A DNA stretch of 63,333 bases, filler included, from Dirinaria sp. TL-2023a (taxonomy: Eukaryota), in NCBI GenBank assembly GCA_051941275.1. It is 6 parts of 6 records of this genome, joined end to end, with 100 filler letters (N's around TTAATTAATTAA, not from the genome) between each part and the next. Parts side by side here need not be neighbours in the genome. Positions count along the whole stretch, not along the records: positions 1 to 10,492 come from JAVEBF010000933.1; positions 10,593 to 21,070 come from JAVEBF010000934.1; 4 more parts are not named here. The stretch is one strand, 5' to 3'. Shown here one piece after another: positions 1 through 11,534 of this stretch; positions within the stretch are counted from its first letter, which is position 1, and each line of letters starts with the position of its first letter. The notes under the pieces are model-generated. The model did no database searches. It was not told the origin of the DNA and was given only the letters and a program-made list of their open reading frames with translations. The translations under genes and the position numbers were made by a program.

Positions 1-384
1 CTTCCCACCAGCACCACCAGCCACGACTCCCTTCCAGCTCGCGCCCACAACCACCCCATCCCGATCGACAACAACCCTAAACCTTCCCTCCCTTTTTCTC
101 AAACTCTCCGCGTCGGCGAGCGTATTCCTCCATCTTTCGCCTGCGACAGGGACTGCGATGCGGGTTGTTGGTTCTTCGTTGTTGTTCTTGAGGGGAGTGA
201 AAGAAGTGAGGCGTGAGAGGGAGGTGTTGGACGGGTGGTAGGTTATTGTTGCGAGGGGGAGGGGCGTGGGGGACTGGTGAGGTTGGTGATAGACGGTGCG
301 CGTGTAGAGCGGTGGGGAGGAGGCTGTTGTGGCGTGCGTGACGAGGAGGGAGAGGAGGGGGAGGATGGCGAAGGAGAGATGCAT
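1..384 (-). CDS. Secretory-pathway protein, probably EMC10-like (ER membrane complex subunit 10); 5' part only, runs off the contig end
   Basis: Manual translation from ATG at 384 is open to base 1: MHLSFAILPLLSLLVTHATTAS (signal peptide)...PLPLATITYHPSNTSLSRLTSFTP...RFRVVVDRDGVVVGASWKG. Not in the ORF track because no stop lies in the window. Family call from remembered resemblance only. Confidence 0.55.
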   Translation of the reverse strand, partial: MHLSFAILPLLSLLVTHATTASSPPLYTRTVYHQPHQSPTPLPLATITYHPSNTSLSRLTSFTPLKNNNEEPTTRIAVPVAGERWRNTLADAESLRKREGRFRVVVDRDGVVVGASWKGVVAGGAGGK

Positions 385-703
385 CGTTTTTGGTGATGTA
401 AGTTTATGATGTGGGTGCTTGTTGGGGGTGGAGAATGGGAGTTGTAGATTAAGGTACGCGGAGCGGAGGGATATTGCTTGATGCGGTATAGCGTAGTTTG
501 TCCGTTAATCGCCTTAGGAGGAAAAGCTGCAGATTCACTATTCGATAGGCTAGTGATGCCGGAATTGCTATTAATGTAGCTATCTAATGCTGTGGCTTGC
601 AGATAGGATATGCTTTTGGTCCCGGCCACTGGTGGACACTCTCATACGAGCTTTTACTCTCCTATCATTACCGCTGCTATCCTTATATTGGTTTTTTTTA
701 GCT

Positions 704-3700
704 CTATATCACTCTTCCCTTCGTCCCTATGATGGCCCACTCAGCGACAGTTGCCCCTGTCCCATCATTGGAGGTACCGTTCTGATTCCCCCAAATGCTC
801 AACGTGGCATACCGCCCACTCCACACTTCGCTCTCTAGTGTAACATTAGTTGTATTACTCATATACTCCGTGATCATCGCCACCAATGTTGGATTGTACG
901 GTGCTGCGATCGTCACGTTACTCTGACTTGCTGCTACCTTCGCCCCGCTGCCATTGGAGGAATTCGAAAATGAAACACTGAAATTGACCGGCGGCGCCTG
1001 TGCCCAGTCGAAATAGAAACCTGCGATCGGCTGTATGGGTTGAGAGGAGAGGGAAACCGTGATCGACTGGGTAGTGTTGGCTGAATCAGGCCCCCATTTC
1101 GTCGAGGCGGCGCCGTCGACGGCAGAGAATGGGAATTGGCCTGGTTGGTAGGTGTCAGAAGAGGTAACAGGAAGGCACTGAGCGATGTTGCCTGGAATTC
1201 CAGTGACGTTATTAATATTTCGATTTTGTAGAGTCAGAGAGCTTTTTGGCTTGAGATGATAAGTTGTAGAATTGTCGTTCCCAATTTGTACAGGGATGGA
1301 AGTGTTGGAGTAGGTCATATTTGCGGTGGTAAAGTGATTAGAGAGTCGCGTGAGAGTGGTTGAAGTCTGATTGGACACGACGGAAATGGGCCAGCCTTGC
1401 CAATAGAAGGTGCGGTAGCGGAGATGCGGGATTTGAGGAGGAAGCGAAGGGTCGACATGAAGAACATATTCTGGTGTCAGACGGAGACCCAGGTAACCGA
1501 AAAGGGTGACTTGGTTGGCCCCCCCGTGGCCAGTCAAGAAGGGGAATGCTGGATGGGTGCCTCCATTGGCAGTGAAGTCATCACTTAATTGTTCCGAAAA
1601 CTGAAACCAAGGAGCGCGGGCGTAAGGGTTTTCAGAGTATTGCTGATAAGTGTATGATGCACAGCCGCTTGTTGTGACCGCAGAAGCTACGATCGAGAAG
1701 ATGGCATATGTCATTCCTGGCCCATTCAGAGACTACAATTATTAGCGCAGCTCGGGATTGGCCAAAATTCTTACTTACCTGCTTTCCAGCATAGTATTCC
1801 AGATCGCTCAACTTGTCTGCGTTGGTATAATTTTGCTGATAATTCAGCGGGAATGTGTCGAGAACGACATCAGCTTGCTTGACTTCGATTGACCCATTCA
1901 TGCCCGTGTACTCATCGATGATGTTGCCTTGAGCACCGATTGAGCTCCTTGATATAAAGATGCTGGTGGCTTGGTCATTCCAAGTCTCATTCATGCCCAT
2001 GCCAAACTTAGAGCGAAACGCATTGGCATTAACAAGAGTGTCGGCGATCAAGGGCTGCGTGAAACCTCCGTTGTCCTCATGATTGGCGTACTATGGATGT
2101 TAGCATACTCGACCTAGTCTGATTAGGACCGCACAGTACCTCATCCGGATCAGTCATGTTCGTCAGCTGATAGGAAGACCCGTTCTTCGTGAGAAGTTCA
2201 GAATAGAATGTGGCGATTGAGTTGTAGACCGGGAACAGCGAGTCCTGGAAGAATTGCGTGTCACCCGACGTGACCCAGTAGTTGACAAATTCCTGTGCAA
2301 TATCGCCATTGACTCAAGCAGGTCAGCAGGAGACACAGCTGCGTCTATTTGAGTACTCACTGTGATATTCGTAATCGAAGCATGGGCCAGTGCCCTAAAT
2401 AATTGTCATGTGAGCTTTCCCTGTTTCGGTATTATTCCGTGTCTCGGCTTACCGTGCAATTGCCTGAGCGACCGGATGTCCAGCTATAGACAGCTGCGTC
2501 GTTCGAGAAGGTAACATTTGCCTTTGAGGAAGTATACGAAGTTTGCGCGTTCTCACGCGCTTGAGGATATCTTTCGACCCTATACTTTGCAATTTGCCTG
2601 ACCGATGCCGGGTGCTAAGGCAAGATCAGTCCAGCTCATATTTCTCAGATCATAATAAACTTACAGAAGTTGCGAGCCCGGGCTGCATCCAAATCTCTGC
2701 ATCCCAGAAGACCAGGCCCCCGTATGAATCGCTGGCCAAGCCCCCAACAGATATACTATTCGTATCAATGGGAGCGTTGTCCACCAACGCCAGTGCGTTA
2801 ACCCCAAGCGTATTCTGCAAGATATAATATTCGTTCAGAACAGCGGTGATAGCCGACTCAACAATGAATTCATCGTCCGGCAGCGTTCCGTTTGGATAGA
2901 TATAGGAATCCTTGCGATATTCAATCAAGGCCTCCAGTGAAGCATGCTTGAGGACTTACAACAGAGTCTTCTGGAAGTATCTCCGCCCACTCAGTGATAT
3001 GGTCCAGCATCGATTGGTAGAAGCCCGTGTTCATCGCGTCATAGGAAGCATATTTGGCGGTCTCTTGAGGATTGATAAAGCCATCGGAAGACGCTGCGCC
3101 CACGTATTTGTTGACGGTGGACGTGGTCCCGGCGCGCAAAGCGAGTGTCCCAGCTTGAGCGATACTCGAATCATTTGTCCCAATGAACAGCTTGTCGGTT
3201 ACGATGTTCACGGTTGAGGCGTTAAGCTGCGAAGACTCCATTGCCGCATACAAATACGTGGTGACGTCTACACCGTTCGGCTTCACAGCCGTCCAGATTT
3301 GAGAGCTTGTATCGTCCATGCCACTAGCCACAAAGTCGGTCCTCACCGCGCTAAGTCCGTCCATGACATTGACAATTGATGCATTGGTATCCTTAGATGC
3401 GGTAATATTCAATTGCACAAAAGCTTGATTGACGCGCAACTTATGGGCGAACATTGTGTACGCGATGTCAAAAGTAGTACCGTTCGCGATCGGATTCGTC
3501 GGGCTCCATGTATAGGACCACGAAGAGATACCGCCCTTTTCCAACAATCAGCTGACTGCGCGAAAATTTCCACTTCGAACGTGTCTACCTTGGCGTCGAG
3601 CGTTGAGCTGAAATTTGAAATCTGGCTTGCGTCCGTGGAAGCATCCAAGAACGTGCTATTGTCAAGATCGATGATGATCCCCGACCAATGCGGGACACCA

Positions 3701-4233
3701 GAAATGACGCTCTCACCCCCGTATTGGTTCAGCCATTCGAAGTTGGTTCCGTTCGTAGTAGGCTCGACGTTGTTAGCTAAGCCTCGTTTCTGCGGGTTTG
3801 AAGCTTGCCTGTTGATCGAAGAACCCGCTAATAGTAGCAAATGTTTGTCGTTCGCTGAACAAGGGCCAGCCGTTAATGTTGTCGCCATTAACCGGTGTAT
3901 CTGCTTCGAAGAATGGGCCGAGAGCTGCAACACTGAGACCTGCATCGCATTAGCGCCTCATTTGTAACAAGAAAAGTGTGCAAAGGTGATATGTATCAGG
4001 CGCATACCGACATAGCCATTGGCTATGCTCTGCCTCGACTGATAGTGTCCCTGGTCCAGCACGGAGGTCGTGACACGCCAAAGATTGTTATCCCAAGTTA
4101 CGTTAGGGAAACGCGTATTATATATCGAGGACGGCGCACTGGAGCCTTGCCGTGGAAAGAGTGCGCTGCCATTGCCGAGACCCAATAGCGACAGGCCGAG
4201 AAAAGAGAGGAAAAGAGAGACGATGGTATGCAT
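704..4233 (-). CDS. ATH1: Secreted/vacuolar acid trehalase, glycoside hydrolase family 65 (multi-exon)
   Basis: Signal peptide MHTIVSLFLSFLGLSLLG (ATG 4233). GH65 motifs across exons: QGHYQSRQSIANGYVG, SYGGLVFWDAEIWMQPGL, TNMTDPDE|YAN, VKQADVVL, HPAFPFLTGHGG; C-terminal AVDGAASTKW domain; stop at 704. Confidence 0.93.
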
Positions 4234-5433
4234 TATGTCGAGGGGCGAAGAAGGCGCAAAAGGCACATCAACAGTCGCATTCAATGGGAAGGTCGCGAAG
4301 GAGGCATTAGCAGATAGGAAGCATGTCTGGACGTGGAGGGGAGACTGGAAGAAGAGATAAATCAGCTTTTCGATGTGAAGACCACGCGCCATCTTCTACC
4401 ACCCTCTTTCCCCCCTCTTGGCCCCAAGTTCCAAGCTCCAGACCCTTCCAAGCTCCAAGCTCCAAGCTCCAAGCTCTACTGGACCTCGTACCTGCTACTA
4501 AGGTATCAGTAGCATGACAGGGCAAGCTTGAAGCTGCTGTGGAACGGTTGCAACGTCATTATTATTGATCCCTCTCCCCACCTCCGAGTCTCCGACCCCA
4601 GAACAAAATTAATTTCCTGCCGAGAAAAGCACCAGCAGCCACTAAAATCCACCACTAAAGGTGGGGTACTTGGGGGCGCCGGAGAGCCGGGCCACGCCTA
4701 ATAAGCACGAGGCTGAGCCCCGAAAGCTCGCTGCTGGGAAGCTGTCGGCCTACCTGAATTTAATCGAGAGCGTCAACCCAGTACATTTGGTGTTCCCAGC
4801 TCTTCTTGATCTTGTTATGCCCAGTTGACCCGTCTTTCCACGTACCCATTGGCTGGCGATAGCACGGTTCAGCAGCAGTAGGAGCAATCAAATCAGAAGC
4901 GTGACCATGGTAAAGTACATGAGGAGGTCACTGCAAGAGAGCAGAGAGCAGGGGTGCCGAGGGCAAATCCGGTAGGCGCTCTCGGCTAGGCTTAGTGCCC
5001 GGATTCTGGTGTCTCCCACCTATAGCCCGATTAGGTCATAGTTGGCGAATGGAACCTTGGAGACCCGAGCGTTATTGCAGTAGGAGTTACTGAGGTACCG
5101 TGGAGCGTGGCTACCTCACTCGTAGAGGTACTGTACTTCTGCCGATCACGTCATAGCGTGCTGATCTCCGCCTGATGTCGATCCGGTGGGCAATAAGGTA
5201 ATGCTGAGCTAGAAGAAACATTGCGTGAGGAAACTGCAGGCGCATGAGTCCTGCCCGGACCACGTGCATGGTTGACCAGATCGTACCTGGAAGCTAATGC
5301 GCTCGGAATGATGAATGCGAATTTGCAGAATAAATGTGCATGAATCCTTAAATTGCCGAGCTAGGCGTGGGAGATTGCTGTTCCCAAATTCATGTCCATG
5401 AGGTAAAGACGTATTTGCTCTCAGCGCACCTGT

Positions 5434-6540
5434 TCAGCTCTGATCTTCCTCTTCCTCAGCGTCCTCGCCATCTTCGTGCTCTTGAGGGCCAGCTTCGTCC
5501 GATGGCTCGATCGGGACTGGCGATTGTCTTCGGGCAGACGCGCCGCTCCTTCGTTTCTCCTTTCGAGCCTTCTCTGCTGCAGTGACTGCTCGCTCCCCGA
5601 CGTAGGCATCGCTTGTCCACTCTGTTTTACACAGCGGACACTTGGTAGACTTCTGGATGCGGAAGAAGTTCTGAGTGCAGATATCATGAATCCGGCAAGG
5701 GCAACTTCTTTTCGTACACCTCTGGCCCTACGGAACGTCAGCACCTTCTGTTACCCTCTAGTACTGCGCACTGACCGTAGTCACTATCTCCTTGCACGCA
5801 ACGCAGACCTTGACCTTATTGACTCTGTCGTCGATGTCTTCGTCGTCTTCATCTCCAGGGTCGTTGTAGGTCTCCATAAGCCATCCCCGCAGCTCAATCA
5901 ATGCTCTCGGACTCAGGGTGTAGTAGCCAGCTCTACTCTTCTCAAACCATCCCTCTTCGACAAGTGCCTTCAGCACCTTCTCCGCCTGCATCAAGGTCAG
6001 ACCCTGGGTGCCACTGCTCTGCGTGTTAGAGCCATTCTGCGTCTCCCTTCGCTCGTCGGCTGGAGCCTTAGCTAGCTTCATTGCTTGCATAGATGTGATG
6101 GCCACGACTTCATGCCGCTTGGTATTATACGTTTCGAACATGGCGTCGAGCATCCGTTTGAGGAAGGTGATCTCATCTGCCGTACGCGTCGTCGCAAGTT
6201 GGGTGATTGGGTCGCTGGTGGTATTTACAAGGGCATAGATGCGTTGGCGTGTGATCTGATGGAAAGTACTGCGGATTTCGAGGTCAAACGTTGAGATTCT
6301 CGAATTGGCACTGGAGATATAAGAGTTGAAGTCGGCCTCCGTGATATCCTCGGGAAGTGTCTCTTTACGATCTGTGGGACTAGATTATTACGTCTCTAGT
6401 CAATGACATTCGTCCGTCTTACCGTGAGCGGTAAGTATAGCTGCAAGGACTGGCTTCGCTTCGTCGAGGGTAAGAGTAGCGCGAGCGATGAAAGCTTGCA
6501 GGAAGGCACGATTACTGTCATTGTATGTGTCGTCGGCCAT
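5434..6540 (-). CDS. NSE1: Smc5/6 complex non-SMC subunit Nse1 (winged helix + RING-like domain), 3 exons
   Basis: MADDTYNDSNRAFLQAFIAR start at 6540; QAEKVLKALVEEGWFEKSRAGYYTLSPRALIEL; RING CVACKEIVTT|GQRC..C..RIHDIC...CPLC; acidic tail ending at TGA 5434-5436. Confidence 0.92.
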
Positions 6541-6924
6541 AGCGTTATCTCGACTGCAGGTTTGAAATCGCTATGGGCCGCTGGGAATCGTTTTCTGAAT
6601 TATTCGATTTTTTTTCTTCAGGGTGCGTATCCGTAAAGGTTCGGCGGACGCGTCCCCCGCGTTGGGTCTGTCACAAGCAACCTCGGCTACACTTGCACAA
6701 CGTACGTTTCATCTCTTCCCTCCTTGGAGAGAGGACACTCTGTAATAACAGGACCAGCCTTCTAGGGGGTGCTAACAACCGAAGTTAAGGTAACTTCCTC
6801 ATATTATTATACATACATACATGTGACTCCACCACATTGAATACCACATATTATCCTCGTATCCTCGTCAGGACGTAACGGCAAGAGCACAAACCATTGA
6901 ATAGCAATTCATGCTCCGAGGCCT

Positions 6925-7340
6925 CTACTTCACCTCCACATCGACCTTGGACTTATCTGTGAGCCTGTCAGTATGGTGGACGGAATTGCAACCCATGGCG
7001 AGATCAATTCCACTGACAGAACGCAATGTGATCCTTGAGCTTTGCCGCCCTTTCAGTGGTTGGCTGCGGGTAGTACCAAGCCGCGTCTTTAGCTTCCTTG
7101 CCTTCGTCTTCTCAGCAGAAGTAACGAGCAAAGCAGGTCGAGCTAGACCCTACCGTCAATAGTGATGTTGTAGTACGATGCGGTACCTTTCCAAGGACAA
7201 AAAGTGGTTGATTCCGTCTTGGTCAATGCAGCCTTGTCCTTGATGGTGTCGGGCGGAAAATAGACGTTGCCCTCGACGAATTCGTATCCATCTGCTTCCG
7301 CAATGACATGTCCATTGAAAGTGGCTATGGCGTGAGGCAT
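6925..7340 (-). CDS. DUF427 family small protein, 3 exons
   Basis: VEGNVYFPP, TFCPWKGTASYY and, after an intron, KDAAWYYPQP...KDHIAF are DUF427 hallmarks; last exon ends KSKVDVEVK*. Confidence 0.85.
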
Positions 7341-7881
7341 GGCTGAACGCAGATTGTTTAACTTGATCGATTGCTATGTGAGTGCTCGGATTCGAGTGTG
7401 CAATATGGGATCTGCTAAAGGTCTGGTACAGAGGCAAGTGTGCCTTTCTTATATCAGGTCGTACCCTCTACGAATGCACCCAGTCATAGCTACTGAAGTA
7501 TCGCTTTAGCATGATGACAGCGACGATTCGCTCATCCCGACGAACGATTAGGAATCATGCGGGGCCATGCCAAGAGAGAGACGGGCCGTCATCGGCTCTG
7601 CATTGGCCCGTGATTAGCGCTAAACTAAGGAAAGAAAGTTTTGTGAATACGGAAATTCTCCGCATTCATTTCCGCGATAATGTAGGTCGTCAGTGAAATC
7701 ATTCTCTGCGAGTCCTGCAAAATATACTTAAGAGGGAACGATCAGCCTACGGTACGCTGTCTCAAGTAGTTTTCTTGTTCTGATTTCTCTTCATTTGCTT
7801 GACTATAAGGCTTGTCCGTCTCTTCTGTTTGTTATCGCAGCTCATCTTGATAATTTTGAGAATAGATATTTTTTCTGTACT

Positions 7882-9715
7882 ATGGATTCTACTGAATTTC
7901 GTAAAGCCGCTCATACAGCGATTGATGAAAGTAAGCTTTACATTGTGCAAGATTCTCATACGTGTTCTTCTAAAACGGCCGATACAGTCATTGATTACTA
8001 CGACACCATCCAAGATCGACGTGTCGTTTCCAATGTCGAGCCGGGATATCTGCGAAAGCTTCTCCCTTCAGGACCACCAGAGCAAGGGGAAAAATGGAAT
8101 GACATACAAAATGACATCGAAACGAAGATTGTGCCCGGTCTGACCCATTGGTGCGCTCGAGTACAACGAACGATACCAGATTCGCAAGCTAATCGACACC
8201 AAGGCAGTCCCCAAATTTCATGGCCTTCTTTCCTGCATCCGCCACGTATCCCTCGATATTGGGGGAAATGTATTCTGCAGCCTTTACAGCGCCTGCTTTC
8301 AATTGGTTATGCTCGCCCGCCGTGACCGAGCTTGAGACTATCGTGCTCGACTGGCTCGCTCGAATACTGGCACTTCCCTCATGTTTCTTGAGCGGTGGCG
8401 AAGGTGGTGGAGTGATCCAAGGTAGTGCAAGCGAAACCGTAGTCACAGTAATGATTGCCGCAAGAGAACGTTACCTGAAACAAGCCTGCGGTGATCTCAC
8501 CGGTGACGCCCGCGAAGAGAGAAAGGCATTCATCAGCAGTCGCTTAGTGGCCTTGAGTAGCGAAGAGGCCCACAGCGCCACAGCAAAAGCGGCACAGATA
8601 CTAGGTGTCCGCTACAGATCAGTGCCGACGAGTATGGAAGATGATCTTGCGCTTACTGGACGAATGATGCGTTTGGCCTTAGAAGACTGTGAGCGAGATG
8701 GCTTAGAGCCATTCTATTTAACGACGACTATGGGTACCACCGCTACGTGCGCGACGGATCGATTCGAGGAGATCAAAGAGGTTGCGCAGTCCTATTCAGA
8801 ACTGTGGATCCACGTCGACGCCGCGTACGCCGGCGCAGCTCTGGTATGCGAGGAGTACCAGCATATAGCTCAAACATTCGACAGCTTCGACAGCTTCAAC
8901 ATGAACATGCACAAATGGCTTCTCACAAACTTTGACGCCAGGTAATCCTCCTCCTCCTCCTCCTCCTCCTCCTCATCACCATCATTCTCATCAGAAGATC
9001 CCCTCCCCCCCTTTGCTGATTGCACAAACGTCAACACAGCTGCCTATTCATCAAACGCCGCACGCACCTCACCTCCGCCCTCTCCATCACCCCGTCCTAC
9101 CTGCGCAACGATTTCTCCGACTCCGGCCTCGTGACCGACTACCGCGACTGGCAGATCCCACTGGGCCGCCGCTTCCGCTCCCTGAAGATCTGGTTCGTGC
9201 TGCGCACCTACGGCGTCGCGGGCCTGAAAGCGCATATCCGCAACCACCTCCGTCTGGGCGATATGTTCCACTCTCTGATCCGCTCACGACCGGATCTGTT
9301 CCGGGTGTTCACCCCGCCTGCGTTCGCGCTCACGGTCTTTACTATTGTTCCTCTGCAAGATGAAGGTGCGGCTAAATCTCGTAATGAGGGTGTGACGGAA
9401 ACGGCGGTAAATGAGGGGCTTATGAGCGATGATGTTCTGCCTTGTGATGAGAATGGTAGCCACGATATTGCGAACGCGCTTACGAAAGCGGTTTACGAGT
9501 CCATCAATGCCGCAGGCGAGATTTTCTTGACCAGCAGTGTCGTGAAAGGTGTCTATACGATCCGGGTTGTGAGCGCAAATCCGAAGGCGGATGAGCAGCA
9601 TCTGAGGCGGGCGTTTGAGATCCTAGTTCAGACCGCGGAGAGCAGGAGGAAAAACATAGGGACGGGGTCTTGTGAGCCAAAAGTCAATGGCTTCTTTGGT
9701 GGTGGCGGGCATTAG
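7882..9715 (+). CDS. Aromatic-L-amino-acid decarboxylase (group II PLP-dependent), 4 exons
   Basis: MDSTEFRKAAH start; PGLTHWQSP, FNWLCSPAVTELE, WIHVDAAYAG, PLP lysine in NMHKWL, PSYLRN, DWQIPLGRRFRSLK. Confidence 0.93.
8947..8973 (+). repeat. (CCT)n microsatellite inside the third decarboxylase intron
   Basis: About 9 tandem CCT units just after the GTAAT donor. Confidence 0.85.
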
Positions 9716-10492
9716 ATGAGAAGCGACAGCGCCTAGGTACGTAGGCTCGCCTTACCATCATGTAGATACCGTAGAATTACCTAGATATTGATTATGATAA
9801 AAGAGAAGGAACACCCCTCTCTCCAATCTTTCCTCCTCCTAACCCATATGAACAAAAAAAAAGAGCACACCCGCCATCCACCATAATGGTCCATACCTCC
9901 TTACTCCTCCTCCTCCTCCTCCTTCTCAAACTCCTCATCCCTACGGAAATCCAATCAGCGAGCCAGCTAGCTCCCATAAACCATCCTCAAATTCCTAAAA
10001 CCAAAAAAAGAGAATCGCGTAGAACGTCCAATTTCATATCCCTCCTTTCGAACAAAAAAAACCCCAGTTTTCAAATTAGCCCACCCTGTTTATCATTATC
10101 TGGGACCTCATCACCCTCTCCTTCTCATCTTGTCAAGCTTTTTGATTTTTGATTTGATCAATGGGATGGATTTCCGTTCCCAATTCTATTTCCAAAAGAA
10201 GAAAAAGAAGAAAATAAATAATAACTTTCTTTGATCTTTGCAATTTCAACAGAACTTGTCCAAACTGTCCCGACTTCCTAACCCTGAAAACGGGAAAACC
10301 CCCCAAAAACAGAGGTAGATGGAGAATTAGAGATGTAGTACTAAGCATAAAACAACCGCTCTTTCAAAAAAAAAAAAAAAACAAGTTACATGTATCCACT
10401 GACGAAGCGTTCTGTTATTGGTACAGTATGGGGTATGGGGGTTGTGGAATTATGGAATTGAGAGTGCGTTTTTATATATCGAAATTTCCTTT

Positions 10493-10592
10493 NNNNNNNN
10501 NNNNNNNNNNNNNNNNNNNNNNNNNNNNNNNNNNNNTTAATTAATTAANNNNNNNNNNNNNNNNNNNNNNNNNNNNNNNNNNNNNNNNNNNN
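10493..10592. other. Artificial contig linker (44N + TTAATTAATTAA + 44N)
   Basis: Six-frame stop spacer, identical to the other four linkers. Confidence 0.98.
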
Positions 10593-10830
10593 ATTTTGGA
10601 AGGTTGGAGATGATGTTTTTGACGAGGATGGGCATGGGCATGTGTAGGGATTGAGATGGTAGCAGGTGGGGAGTATTCAATCATTCTCCAGAGAAAAGTG
10701 CCAAAGTTAAGTTGCCCAGACTGTTTTGGAATGATGTTTGAATAGGCGTGACGATCGCAAACGCTGAACAGAGAGGCAAATACCCACTCACTGCCGAATG
10801 TCTAGCATTGACTTGTCGATTCTAGCGGGA

Positions 10831-11534
10831 TCATTTTTCAAGCAGAAGCCATCGCAGCCCATCTGCTTCCGCGCTTTCAACCAGCTCATCCAATGCTTCC
10901 GCTGGCATGAAATTGTGATCCGAAAATTCAAACCCAGGCACCACAGTCTGCACCACGACATCAGCATCCAAAAACCCGACAAAAACCTGGAAGAGAGCGC
11001 CTTTTTCGCTATCTCTATACCCACCTCACTGATCAACAACCCATCACTCTCAGTCCCATTTTCCAGGTCTGGCAGCAGGAAACTCGCCTTGTACTTCCCG
11101 CCCTCGACTATCCACTGCATCTTCTCTCCCTTGGCAAGATCATGCCCCACTACAAAAGTTTCGACACGTGCTTTCTTCCCCTGTTCAACCTCGTCGGCGT
11201 GGATGATGACATACACCCCGCGGCCCCGGTGCAGGGTATGCACGGTGCGGCCTTTATTGCGGTGGAAAGAGCCCTTGGAAGTATCCGGTGTTAAGAGATA
11301 GAAGATCGTGGTGCTGAAATTGCGGGTCTCGTCGCCGCCGGTCTGCGAGTCCGAGAATGGGTTCGGCATGCGGCGCGGATCACGGTCCGTCTCGACGAAA
11401 TAGCCTCCTTCAGGGTGCTTTTGCATGCGCAGGATGTCGATTGTCTGCTGCACGGTCCCGCTTTTGGAAGCGCTGATTGTGTCCATGACGGATGGCGTTA
11501 TTGGGGGAGCGGGCTTATTTGGGGATGTAGTCAT
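10831..11534 (-). CDS. DUF985 / Cupin_5 family protein (yeast YML079W/Cff1-like), 2 exons
   Basis: LRMQKHPEGGYFVET, STTIFYLL, FHRN, HTLHRGRG, QWIVEGGKYKASFL, LISE|TVVPGFEFSDH. First ATG at 11534; spliced stop at 10831. Confidence 0.88.

Noticed and set aside
3413..6294. Plus-strand ORFs antisense to the trehalase and NSE1
   Set aside because: Shadow ORFs of well-supported minus-strand genes.
10537..10548. TTAATTAATTAA as a biological palindrome or regulatory site
   Set aside because: It sits between N runs and recurs identically; it is a six-frame stop linker.
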